Source of the DNA: Geosiphon pyriformis uo1 | Lineage: Eukaryota > Fungi > Glomeromycota | Length of the DNA stretch: 64,000 nt | Reading direction: 5' to 3' | Assembly: GCA_016748015.1 (NCBI GenBank) | Contig: JAAOMT010000039.1 | Location: 152,259-216,258 of the forward strand | In this document: piece after piece, positions 51,530 to 64,000 of the stretch | Numbering within the stretch: the first letter of the stretch is position 1 | Layout of the letters: the number at the start of each line of letters is the position of its first letter | Notes under the pieces: generated by a model | What the model was told of the DNA's origin: nothing | What the model saw: the letters and a program-made list of their open reading frames with translations, nothing else | Database searches by the model: none | Translations under genes and position numbers: made by a program

Positions 51530-52686
51530 AATAGTAACTCATCCATGGCATTCAAGTCATCTTTTTCATTTTTTCATTCATATTTCATCAAAACTTTTTT
51601 TCAAACTTCATATTCATCATATTTGCACATAGTATCAATCCCCATTGCATATATTTTTTTTAGGAAATCATAACAAACAACAATATAATCTTTAAAAATA
51701 AAGCTCGTGGTAAAAATTTCTGAAATATTTGATTTTTAATAATGGGGGAATTTTTAAAAGAACCCATAACACAAACGATATGATTGATGGAAGGATAATG
51801 TTGTCAAGGTGTGCCATCAATTTTTTGACTCTGATCTGTAGATTACAATGTGGATTGTATGTTTTTATTTTCGTAATTAATAATCGTAATGGATAATGGT
51901 TAAAATATTTTTTAAATTTATTCATTCTAATTAAAAGATAAATAATGAATGTGACTTGCGTGAAAATCTTTAGCAATTTTTTGAAAATATTATTTTGTAT
52001 AGAAAAGTTCATTATTTTTAATTATATAGTTTTTTAATAGAATGTAAATATTTTCAAAGCATAAAAGAGCCAGTATTAAAAATGATTTTTGCTTTTTTTG
52101 AAAAAAAAAAAAAAAAAAAAATCATTAANNNNNNNNNNNNNNNNNNNNNNNNNNNNNNNNNNNNNNNNNNNNNNNNNNNNNNNNNNNNNNNNNNNNNNNN
52201 NNNNNNNNNNNNNNNNNNNNNNNNNNNNNNNNNNNNNNNNNNNNNNNNNNNNNNNNNNNNNNNNNNNNNNNNNNNNNNNNNNNNNNNNNNNNNNNNNNNN
52301 NNNNNNNNNNNNNNNNNNNNNNNNNNNNNNNNNNNNNNNNNNNNNNNNNNNNNNNNNNNNNNNNNNNNNNNNNNNNNNNNNNNNTAAAAAAAAAAAAAAA
52401 AAAAAAAAGATCATTAACAGCTTTTTTCACTCACTCGACATTATTGAAAAAAACCTTTGTGAATATCGTTATTATTTCAGGACAAAAAGATTCCTATCTT
52501 GGAGAACAAGTTAGAAAAAAGCATGGGGTCTTAAGATTTAAAAGCTTTTGCATTGGTATTACTATATATATTGCATACTACCCCCTATTTTTTTTTTCTA
52601 TAGCTACACAACAGAAAAAAAATATCTTTTTCATTTCCTTTGTCATCATCATGTCAATGCACTCATTTTAAACTTTTCTTAATCAA
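51530..52686. repeat. Dispersed repeat family, copy 3 (interrupted by assembly gap)
   Basis: Colinear with copies 1 and 2 on both sides of the gap; ends ttttcttaatcaag. Confidence 0.75.
52129..52384. other. Assembly gap
   Basis: Run of N flanked by poly-A + atcattaa on both sides. Confidence 1.
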
Positions 52687-53448
52687 GTTCAATACAATTC
52701 GAGAATTTTGGTTTATTGTCTTCTTTTATTAGTTCGAAAGGTATACAGTTTCTTTTTTATTTTTATTTTTTTGCATTATTAGGAAAACGAATATTTTTAT
52801 TTTTTCAATTTCCCGAGTCATTAAATATGATATTAAAATTATGAGAAGATCATGCGTCATTTGTTTTAAGGGGTAAAACGTCCAAATTTAGAATTTTTAT
52901 TATTGTGAAACTTCTTTTTTCTTTTTCTTTTTTCTTTTTCTTTTTCTTTTTTTTTAAGCCACACAAACTTGAAAAGGAAGAAAGAAAAAATGACGTTAAG
53001 AGACATATCATTGCATTTTTATTTTTTATTTTTTATTTTTTATTTTTTTTTTGCAAACATAATACTTTTTCTCCCCTTGAGATTTTTTACTTTGAAATCT
53101 TAATTTATTTATATATTTAAAAGTCTATATAAATTTTTTTGTATTTTGATTAATTATAAAAAAAAAAATTTATAATTGTTAATTAATTTTAATTAATTAA
53201 TTAACTATGCACATTTTTTATATTATAAAATTAATACTTGATATGCTTTTTAATTATTATCAATGTATATATATTTTAAAATAAATTTTAGAATAATATC
53301 TTAATAAGTTGTAATCAATATAATATAATGTTTAATAATCATATAATAATAATTTTAAATTATATAAACACAATTATTTCTAATTCATAGAATCCTAATT
53401 TGCTATATTTCTAATATTCTTAATTAGTTTTAAGTTATATGATTTTTA

Positions 53449-53554
<106 letters not shown>

Positions 53555-54036
53555 CAAAAAATTTTATATTAAACTGTCGTGATTTTTTATTTTTCATAAA
53601 TATTGTTTTTTTTATGTTAAATTAACATATTATATAAACTTTTTTGTATTTTGTTTCAATATTTTATATGTTAACAAAATAAATAAAATAAAATAAATAT
53701 ATACTATTTTTACACAAAATATTTTTTGAAACTTTGGTTAATAATTTAAAAAAATATTTTTTAGTTTGTAAATTCTAAGACTGAAATGTTTTTTTTTTTT
53801 AAAATTAAAATGTTTACAATACGAGTTTTTTGATTATATAATAGCTTAATTAAACAATAATATTTGGAAATAATGTTTTTATAAATAAATTCTCTTACAA
53901 ATTTTGTATTTAGTTGTTAAATTGCTTTGGTTTTTCACTGTTTGATAAAATAAATTTATCGTTTTTACAATATATTAATTTTTTTTTTAGTTGTAATATA
54001 TAAAAATCCAATTAAATAAATTGTAATTTAATTAAA

Positions 54037-54113
54037 ATATTTGTTTCATTTTGATTTAAATTTCAAAGTATATTTGTTTCATTTTGATTTAAATTTAAAA
54101 ATATATTTGTTTC
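54037..54113. repeat. Tandem duplication, ~33-bp unit
   Basis: atatttgtttcattttgatttaaattt repeated. Confidence 0.85.
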
Positions 54114-57100
54114 AGAATTTATTATTATTAAGCGAAATATTTAAATTAAATATATATTAAGTTTAACATTCGAGTAAATTTTTCATCAATCTTATAAGTT
54201 TAATTAGCAAAATATTTATATTATTTGTAATAATATTTAATTTGTTTTAAATAAATATTATCCAAAAATGAGTTTAACTTTATAATTTTTTTTAAAAAGT
54301 TTCAATTTTTTGTTAATATATACTACAACTTTTGTATTCAATTGGTGAAAAGCATTTTTTTAAGTTGAATTTTATATTAATTTTGCTAATACGTATTCCA
54401 AAAAAAATGTCAACCAATTTTTTCTGCAACAAAATTTTTTTAAATTTTTAATTTCAAATTCAGTTTTTAATAATTTTTTATACTTTTTTTTAATTTTATA
54501 GCAATTTAAAATAAATTATATATTTATTAATTATCAAAAAAAAAACTTTTTTTAATGAATTACCCATTTCAAAAAAATATAAAATTAAATTGTTAAATTT
54601 TTTCTTAGGATTGTAAATGCTTTTTTTTTTTAATAAATTGTTAACTGGCAATTAAAATTTTATATAATTGTTGTTTAATTAATCAAAAATTTTTCATGTA
54701 TATACAATGCTAAACAATTTTTTTTCAAATTATTAATTAAAATAACAAATTAACAAATAACAGAAATAAAAATAGTTTTATAATTAATTTTATAATTATT
54801 TAATTTATATAATACTTAAATATTCAATACTATTATTTTTTTTAGTTTTTATTATGTACATATATATAATTCAATTATTATTGCATTAATATGTTTAATT
54901 TTATGTTCAACCATTTGATTGATTATTTTATTGTCTATAATATTTAAATGTTTTTTTTTTTACTTTAATTCAATTTATATAAAAATTTCTTTTAAATATT
55001 AACTCTAAAACATATCTATTTTATTCAATATTTATGTTACAAATCAAATTTATTTATTATAAAGCTATTAAAGCACATATTAATAAACTTTAATTCATAT
55101 TAAAAAGAGTAATATAACTAAAAAATAAATTTGGCAATGTTAAAAATAAATTATAATTAATACAGTTATATAATTGAAAATTACAACCATCTAACAATTA
55201 AGTATTATATTGGTTATAATTTATTAAGATATTATTTTTAATTGTAAAGTTTTAAATAAATTGAATTTAAATTTATACAATTTTTTAAACGTAATTTTTT
55301 TTTATACACAATTTTCTAAATATGAAATTACTTAAAACAATATTTAACAATTAAAAATAAACAAGTTTTTTGATTGTACAAATCTTAATAAAGCTAAAAT
55401 TAATCATGATTTTAACTTTAATTTAAATATTTTATTATCAATTAACAAAAAAAAATTCTTTAAAATTTTGGATTTTATTTAATAGTCAAAAACTTTAAAA
55501 CATATTATTTTAAATAATTAATAACTTATAAAAATGTTTAATATTACAAAAAAATATTATTCTAAATTAAATTAATATGTTGCATAATACACAAGTATAA
55601 TTAAATAAAATAATCAAACTATATAATATTAAAGAGTTGGCCAAAATCTTTAATAATTTATTATAATTTTTTGTAGTTTGCCAAAATATTAGCAAAAAAA
55701 TAATATTATAACTTAAACACTTTTAGGTGTTTTTATCAACAAAAATTAAAAAATAGATCTTAAAATTTGTAAAAAACAGTTTAATACAGCCATGTTGAAA
55801 GAATTACATAAATATTTAAACATAATATTATTAATAAAAATTTCAATGTATTAAACGTTAAAATAATTAATGTTCAGTTTCTTATTAACAAACTAAATTA
55901 CAAAATTTTTTTAAACAAACAAGTTTTATTTGTTATTTGTGAGTTTATTTGGTTTTTGTTATTTTTTATTTGTTCTATCTCTACGACGTTGGATTGCGAC
56001 ACATTGGTCCATCCAGTGGTCCCTGAGTCAGTCATAGTTCAGACCCTAAAAGATGCGAATACCCAGTAAATTTTTCATTTACAGACCCCTGTAAAATGTT
56101 CAAAGATTTTCTAAGACTAAGGTATTTTTCACATATAATTTCTTTCATTCTATCTTTTAAGAATGATTTCTGTTTTACTTTTTCCCTTGCCATCATTATT
56201 GTTTTTTTCTCGTATTGAATAAAATAAAACACGTAATTTGGTGCAGATTCAGGCGTACACGCCACAAAAATGTCAAAATGGCTTTTTACATATGAAGTCT
56301 AACTTTAAACGAGATCAGAGTAATAAATGATGGTCTAACTATTGCTTTTCATGTCTGCTATTACTTGCGATATCGAGAGAAAACAGGATCAAAACTGTTA
56401 CCGTAATTCCATAATTCATTAGAAAATATAGAACTGATCTAATATAAAATATATGAACTTAAATAATAGGACTATACACTCTTTTGAAAAAAGAACATGA
56501 AGAAAAAATTGTTCATATTATAAGGTAGCTAAAGTATTTCTTACCAAGAAAGAAATTTGTGAATAAAGTCGAAAAAAAACATGAGAAACAAAAATTACCA
56601 GAAACTTTTCAAGAAACAAAAGTAATAAAAGAATAACACATTTCACAAGACGTATGTTTAGTATTTATATAGAAATATGTTTATACACAATAATAATAAA
56701 ATATCATATATAAAAATTTTTTTGTAAACCAACCATATTGTGCATAAATTTACATATATATCATAAATAATAAAAATATGAACATATATGAAAATATTTT
56801 CTTAATAAGAGAACTCAAATCTATAAATAAGGAAACAATAAATACTAATTGATATCATAAAAACAAACCTTAAATATATAAAAAAACTTTTTTATCAAAA
56901 ACCTATTTTAATATATTTGGTATTGGATGCCATTATTTTGAAAATATTAAAATTGTTATTAAGAACATTACCACCAATTTTTTGAATTATGCCAAAGTCT
57001 AGTTTAATAAAAAATGATAATTGCATAATATTTTGGTTCTTTTTTTCCTTGCAAAAAATTTTTTTTTATAATTGAAAAGAATTTCTTGTTTTAACTTTCA

Positions 57101-58833
57101 CTTTGTTGAAAAACTTATACAAAGAATTGGGTTAAATAACCTAAACTTTTTTGTAAAATAAAATCTAAATTATCAAGTCTTTATTATACCTCAATTTTTG
57201 TGTCACCTACTAAAATATATTCTTTTTTTTTTTTGCAATATATAAAATTTATATTAATCACGATATTAATAATTTAATAAAGTTTTTTAGCAATAAATTT
57301 TACAACTAGAGATAAGGATTAAACTAGAAAATTGATCATTTAACCTTAATCAGCTTAAAGGTAAGAATATTAATTCGATTTTAAATCCTGTATGAAAGTA
57401 CTTATAACTACATGTATTAATTATACCTTCTAAAAATTGGGTGTTTAAATAATTACTATTACATATTTTCTTGTATTTTATAATTAAGAAAAGATTATTA
57501 GAGCTTATATAACATATGTATAAAATTTAATTGTCTTATTATTTTAAAGATTTATTACTTATAAAAGAGTTTTAACGTCGATTAAAAACTTTTAATTTTA
57601 TTATATTTAATTTTTTTATTTATATAATCAATTTTTTCTTGTATGTAGTTTATTGTGTTATTTATTTTATAAATATACTAATTAGTATTACACAAAATTG
57701 TCATTTTAAAAATATTTACTAGGAATCCAAAATTTTTTGTTATTTTATTAGTCTTGTTATTCCTTATATAACTTAAATATTCTTTCTATTAATTCAACTT
57801 TTTTAAACTTTTCTAACTAATAAATTTTATGTATAAAAATTCTATTTGAATTCATATTTAATTGACAAATATTAAGTATTAATTAGTTGTTTAATATAAT
57901 ATTAAAAATATTTAGCAAATTTAATAACATAAAATTATGCAAAAATATATTTTTTAAAGATTTATTTTATTCTATTTTTTTTTATAATTGTCCAATTTAT
58001 TAAACTAATATTTTTTTCTAATAATTGGTATAAATAAAACAAAAAAACAAAATAATATTAATATTTTATTAGTTTTAATAAAAATATTCACAAAAATAAT
58101 CACCAAAATAATATAAAAAATAAATAAATTAAAAATAAAGAATATGTTAAATTGAAATCAAAAAATTAACAATAAAAAAAAAACAAGATAAATAAATTAA
58201 TTAAAGTTATATAATTAATTTAAAAAGTTTTAAAAATAATTTACTAATATTACAAAAATAATTAGGTAATTAAATTATAAAATAGAATTCTAATATTAAT
58301 ATAAAATTTTATATATAAAAATAATGTAATAATAATATTTTGTCAGTACAATTAAATATTATAATGTTTTTGTAATATTGAAATTCAAATAAGAGATCAA
58401 TAATTAATAATAAAAATATTATTGTTATTAATTAAATTGTAATAATTTACTATGTAAAATAATTATATAAATATAAATTAACTTGTAATTTGAAAAAACA
58501 GCTTTTCAGTTTTATTTTTTATTTTGGTTTTAATTATTTTCAATTTTGATAAATTTCATAATTTTTTATAAAATATTTATTTAAACTTTTATCTTGGTTA
58601 ATTTAATCATTTTATTTGTGTAACTTTTGTGTTTTTGTAAATTTCTTAATTAATTTTCAAAAAAATCAAGTTTATTTTTCTTATTACTTGACAAGATCTT
58701 AATAAAATATTCATTTGCATATCAATAACGTGGTGGTGATTCACAATAAATTCTTTATGCTAAACAGCCAAGGGCATTTATTTCTGTTTCTAATTACATA
58801 TAAACATGTGAAATTGAACAATTTCAAAGGGGC

Positions 58834-61103
58834 TTAAGATATTGAACTGAAACTATTCTCATTGTTTGCAGGACCCTCATTGTTTGCATCTTCATTGTTT
58901 GCACCTTCATTGTTTGCACCTTCATTGTTTGCACCTTCATTTTTTGCAGGACTTTCATTGTTTGCAAATCGTGGACCCACAAAGAAGTACCAAAAAATTA
59001 CCCCAACTAACGTTACAATGACGCTTGTTAAGTATGGAAGATAGTAATGGTAGGTGGTATTTGCTTCATGTGGTAATTCGCAGGTTTTCTGGAGGCCTTT
59101 GATAATTATAGTAAAATTGGTATTATTCTGCTTTTGATTTTGACTTGTTTCATCAGGAATAAAGGAACCAAAAAAAATCCATGCAGCGAAAAGAGCAAAG
59201 ATAATTGGTATAGCTGTTGGTAAAAATTGTCTTTCAATTTCCCCTCTTCGTCGTAGTAGCTTGTAAAAGAATTTTAAGAATTGAAAAATATTTGATTAAG
59301 AAAAATAATAGTTGTTTACCGATTTTAAATATGCTTACCAATAAACCAAAAACAGTTAGACCCAAGTAAAACCAAGAAGAATGCTCGGTTACAAAAACCA
59401 AAAACTTGAAACAATCACGGGTTGGAGAACATAATGCAATCAACAAGCACCATATAGCTTGAGCCAGCTGAAGTAAAAAATTGAGAATTTTTTGAAATTC
59501 TAGCTATAGAGATTTAAAGTTTCATATTTTAAACTATTTGATTCTTACCAATGCATTCACAGGAGTATCTGTTCGTTTATTCAATTTTCTGAGACATGGG
59601 GAAAACAAAGGAATATATTCTTGATTTGCCGCAGCTACAATGATTCTTGCCCCTGTAGAAAACACGACCGCTAACGCTCCGAAAGCAGAACAAGCGATAA
59701 AGAACGCTAATATTCTAGCAGCATTTTGCCCTCCAACAGATAACGCTAATTGAACACCAATTATTTCGTTCAACCCTGAACCAGATTGTACAGCAAGGTC
59801 ATAGGGTACCATTGTGTAACCAATATTGGCTAGTATATCTAGGATCAAAAATAATCGCATTGAATATTACAGTTTAAACCAATTTCTTAAAATTAAAAAA
59901 GATGCAAAAGGCTTTAACGAGAGTATGTTCTTACATAAGATGCTCACAATGACGACACTAGAAATATTAGAAAGTGTAAGAGATGCTTCCGGATGTAATT
60001 CATCGAGTGTAACTTTTAATAAAGAAATTAAAAAGGATTTAATTTTTGAAATTTACTTTGTTCTCAATGAAAACAAGAACCAAGGAGTACATACAATTTA
60101 AATTATTCCATCCGCTATATGTAAAAAGCACAGGTAAAATCGAGGAAATAAAGGAGCCTGGAGTTAATTTTGAATTTTTGAAATAATTTTTCCAGTTGTT
60201 GTTACCCCAATCATGGATTGATCGTTTCATATAAATAAAACCAATAAGTGCAATCGTAAAAAGAGTCAAAATCTTAATAATCGCCAAGGTTTGGTTTATT
60301 CGATTAGCCCATTTCTTCGACAGTATTTGATAGGCAGTAATTCCAAGTATAGCAGCTACTGATATTATTCGTATTCGCCTGTGAAAAATTTTCAATTTCA
60401 TTTAAAAACGAAATTTGAAGAAAATTTATAAATTTTAGTTTCTTACCAAAACTCGTAACTTTTTAGATTCCATTCTGGATGCAGGCTATCTGAATCATCA
60501 CATGGATTATAAGCAGTAAAGGCGTAACTTATAGATTGGGTAAAGATGTTTGCCTCAGCCACTATAGTACCCGGTCGTATGGCACTAGCTAAAATGCTTA
60601 GATACTTTATTTGGTAGATTTGAATAATATAGATTATAAAAAGTTCAATTACTTACACTATAATTGAGAAACTGAACATATAACTAAAGAGTGCATGAGG
60701 ATATGGGAAGCTTCTTTTTAAATAGACCACTTCACCACCACCATCTTTAATTGAGCTTCCCAACTAAGAAATAGAATTAATTGACTGATTTCAGGAAAGT
60801 ATTTACCAAAGTTTTGATTAGTTTCAACAAACCTCAGCATATGATAAAGAACCGAATAACGACATGAATGCGCCTATTATCCAATAAACTAAAGCCATTC
60901 CTGGTGATCCAGCTTCATTTAAATATAAAGATTATCTTTTATAATATTGGATTTTAATTCTGAATTGAAATCAAACTATCGAGAGCTTTACCTGATGACA
61001 GAACCAATCCAGGTGTTGAAAAGATCCCGACGCCGATCATATTGTTGCAATTATTTCCAATACCGCTGAGAGTCGTTAGAAATCTATTTCTTTGTAAAGC
61101 CAT
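58834..61103 (-). CDS. APC-superfamily amino-acid permease (LAT/methionine permease-like), multi-exon
   Basis: MIGVGIFSTPG (TM1), SLSYAE|LGSSIKDGGGEVVYL, FTYSGWNNLN (TM6), GARIIVAAA...TPVNAL and PFKSK...WIFFGSF. Many short GT-AG introns (first exon 61103-60992); not all junctions were resolved. Confidence 0.92.
58858..58968 (-). repeat. Coding 15-18 bp minisatellite, (NNEGA)n permease tail
   Basis: cattgtttgcacctt repeated about 7 times with variation, in frame before the stop. Confidence 0.9.
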
Positions 61104-61658
61104 TTTGTTATTATATAATCAATTAAGATATTAATCAAAATTAAAAATTTTGTTGAGTACTCTTTGGCAGTTCTATTTATAATGAAAAAACTTATTATAA
61201 TTAACCGGTTTAAATTCTAGTATATAGAAAAATTTCCGTTTTGCATTACCACTTTTTCAAAAAGGGGGCAAAGACATAAAAGAAGATTATGTTGTAAAAT
61301 GTTCAATATTATTCTCCATAATTTAAAATGTACCCCTAGATTTTTAACTGTATAAAATATGGTTTTTCCATTGTTATTTCATGATAAAATCAGCAACCTG
61401 AGGACCTAACCATGATGAATAGTAAAGAAAGAGGGGAATTTAGCATATAGTCATTTATTTAATCCTTAAGTGTGTAGAAAGGTATAAATTTTCCCCAGAG
61501 TTGAAAAATTGTTTTCAGGTATGAAAAGATAATATTTTATTCTAGAATTCAGATTATTAATAAATTTTCGAAGCTTCTTACTGATCTTTAAAGAAGAGAT
61601 AAATTAAAAGATTTTCTTAAGTCGACTTCCTTCAAAGTAATTTTATGATATTAAAGAT

Positions 61659-61703
<45 letters not shown>

Positions 61704-63439
61704 CGGGTATTAATTATTAGAAAATTCTTCAAGGTCTGAACTATATTTAAATTTACTCTTTGTTGATCCAAATTTATCCTTATGCAGCTTTTAAAATTTG
61801 ATTAAACTTAGATCTGGTTGTACAAGCAGCAATTCTTGGTTATTTGATTGATGAAATTAAAATCAAAAGTTGGGGCGTTTTTAATTTATTAAAATTTACT
61901 CATTTTAGGGATTCAAGCCACAAATAAAAATTTAGAATTAAACAATCTCGTTATAATTTATTATGGTAAAAAATGTGGAAATCCTTTTCCGAAAAATAAA
62001 ATTAATGACCAGTTATCTATTCTTTGATCAAAAAGTCATTTCATTGTTTTGACTTTTCTGACAATATACCAATTATATAATTTTGTGAAACTGTTGATGT
62101 TTGATTTATAAAAGTAAAAAGTGTCATTAAAAACATTATAATATATACTGACTTGTCATATTGAAATAAAAATTTGTTAGCAAGAATGTTTCAAATTTAT
62201 AATCTGACTATTAAATAGATATTTAGAATATATTTCAGTTAAAATTCAAATATCAACCAGTATTAAAATTTATAAATTTTTTTTTATTTTGAGAAATAGC
62301 TCAAACTTTAAAATATATAAAGTAATTTATGATAAAGAAAAGTTTTATTTTTAAAATATTTAACTTAATATAATCTGAAAATCAAAAATAATCATTATTT
62401 TTATGATAGAATTTAATTTTTAAAATTTTATTTAAACTTTTAAAAATACGTCATATTCATTATTTGACAATTAATTAAATATTTTAATTTAATTTTCAAT
62501 AATAGATAAAAAAATTTGAATTCAAAATCAATTTATTGCGAGATTTTTATTTATTATAAAATTTAATTGAGGATTATTATTTTAAATTTAGATTAAATCA
62601 TATTTGGCTGCTTTTTGAATTGTTATAATTCTAATTTTTAAAAAACTTTCCCAATTTAGGTTTTATACTATCGAGTTAAAATTAATATCTTAATTTATAA
62701 TTAACTGTCTATGAAATTATAAATAAGAAAAAACTACAAATTATTACGAATTAGTTTGAATCTAGGTTAAAAAAAAAATAAGTATTTATTATTTTATTAT
62801 ATACACCAATTTAACACTCAAAAAATATTTACTTTTAAGCAAGTTAATTATTTTTATAAAAAATTTTATTAGTTCATTTTCGAATTAGGCTGGAATTAAT
62901 AATATTATATGTTAATTGTGTGGTAATTTTTTAACTTATAAATATTTTATAATATATTATAAATTTATATCTTAAATTTTTTTTAATAAACTACAGCTAT
63001 AATTAAAGAGAAAAAATATAATTGAAATCCAATACTCTAAATTGTAATATTAAACAACAACAAAAAAATTTTCTCAAAAATTTTCTTTATGAATATCATT
63101 CCCCAACTAAAGTTTAACTCGTAAACTGAAATTTTAATATTAGAAAAACTGCTTTCCAAAAGATATTTTAATTATGTTTACTTATTTTTTTGCATTAATC
63201 AAAGAAAATTCATCAAATTTCCTTTAAAGTTAAATTAGAGTAAGCGTCTTCTAATTAAATGAGTGTATGAGGTAAATGAGACGCGTAACTAAAGTCACCA
63301 ACTTTCATAAATATGATCTGACCCTTGATTATTTCACTTTAAAAAGTTTATTTATTACACGTGTTTACTATATATATAAACATTTTCCCTTTGAAAACAT
63401 TTAACCTCACGAAAACTTTTCCTTGAGCAAAATTTTACA

Positions 63440-64000
63440 ATGGTAAGTTACTAAATTTGAATATTGTGAATTGAAAATACTGATAATATCGTTGACTTTT
63501 CTCAAATTTTCCTAAACTTTAGCGCGTATCTCCAAATTCAAATGAAGAACAATCGTCAAATAGCCATAAAGAGGGTAAATATTAGTCTTCTTGTAAATTC
63601 AAATTTTTTAAATTTGTTATTTAAAACTCACATGAACAATTTCAAACGTGAATTTGAAGAAATCTTTGACGAGTTTAATGATGACTTTAGCGAAGATGGG
63701 GGAAATTCTCTTACCGTCGCAGAGTTTTCTAATCTAACCTTTGGGACGAACCCTTTGGAATTTGACCCCACTGATTTCGTTTGCGGAGAATTGGATGTTG
63801 CCAAGTTTTGTCAACTTGTTGTCGAACCAATGCTTCAAAATGATGAACAGGGAATTTTACGCAACCTTTTCCCATACTTAATTGATCTTCTTAACCGAAC
63901 AGTCACTTTTGACAAGATCGCTACCTGTATCAAAGAAACTCTCAAAATTTATTCAAACCCCACCCTTAAAAAATTAGAAATCTGCAAAGGTCGTGATTAT
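63440..64000 (+). CDS. 5' part of a hypothetical protein (exons 63440-63442, 63523-63574, 63660->64000)
   Basis: ATG|GTAAG with upstream TATATAAA at ~63373. The spliced frame MRVSPNS...KE|EIFDEFNDD...ICKGRDY stays open to the window end. Confidence 0.75.

Noticed and set aside
52076-52514. ORFs spanning the second gap
   Set aside because: Artefacts of N runs. The duplicated poly-A + atcattaa flanks suggest the gap itself may be an overlap artefact.
55980-56400. GC-richer island with a 77-aa ORF
   Set aside because: Non-ATG start, fragmentary and no convincing family motif.
58858-58968. CRISPR-like array or + strand SLFAP-repeat ORF
   Set aside because: There are no unique spacers; it is the in-frame tail of the - strand permease.

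Overview
This is AT-rich, intron-containing eukaryotic DNA from a draft scaffold with two N gaps. Gene families and TE types point to an early-diverging fungus, most likely Glomeromycotina; this is inference, not a database result. The first ~17 kb is mostly transposon debris. It holds a near full-length, CpG-depleted LINE (APE-RT-RNase H, - strand) nested in an older LINE eroded almost entirely to A/T, a third 5'-truncated LINE, a pogo remnant, an LTR fragment and a dispersed repeat. About a dozen host genes could be modelled by hand: BTB-BACK-TLDc, a 7TM GPCR-like protein, BTB + CAP-Gly, a DUF4203/TMEM198-like protein, a GPI-anchored Gly/Asn protein, a C-terminal Zn2Cys6 protein, an F-box/LRR protein, an APC amino-acid permease and several orphans. 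The best find, which the ORF track does not show, is two decayed paralogous Fanzor2/IS607-TnpB-type RNA-guided nuclease loci (~31.2-32.7 kb and ~35.8-36.9 kb, - strand). They flank the DUF4203 gene and share a conserved downstream motif. Copy A also has a structured omega-RNA candidate and possible TnpA serine-recombinase traces.
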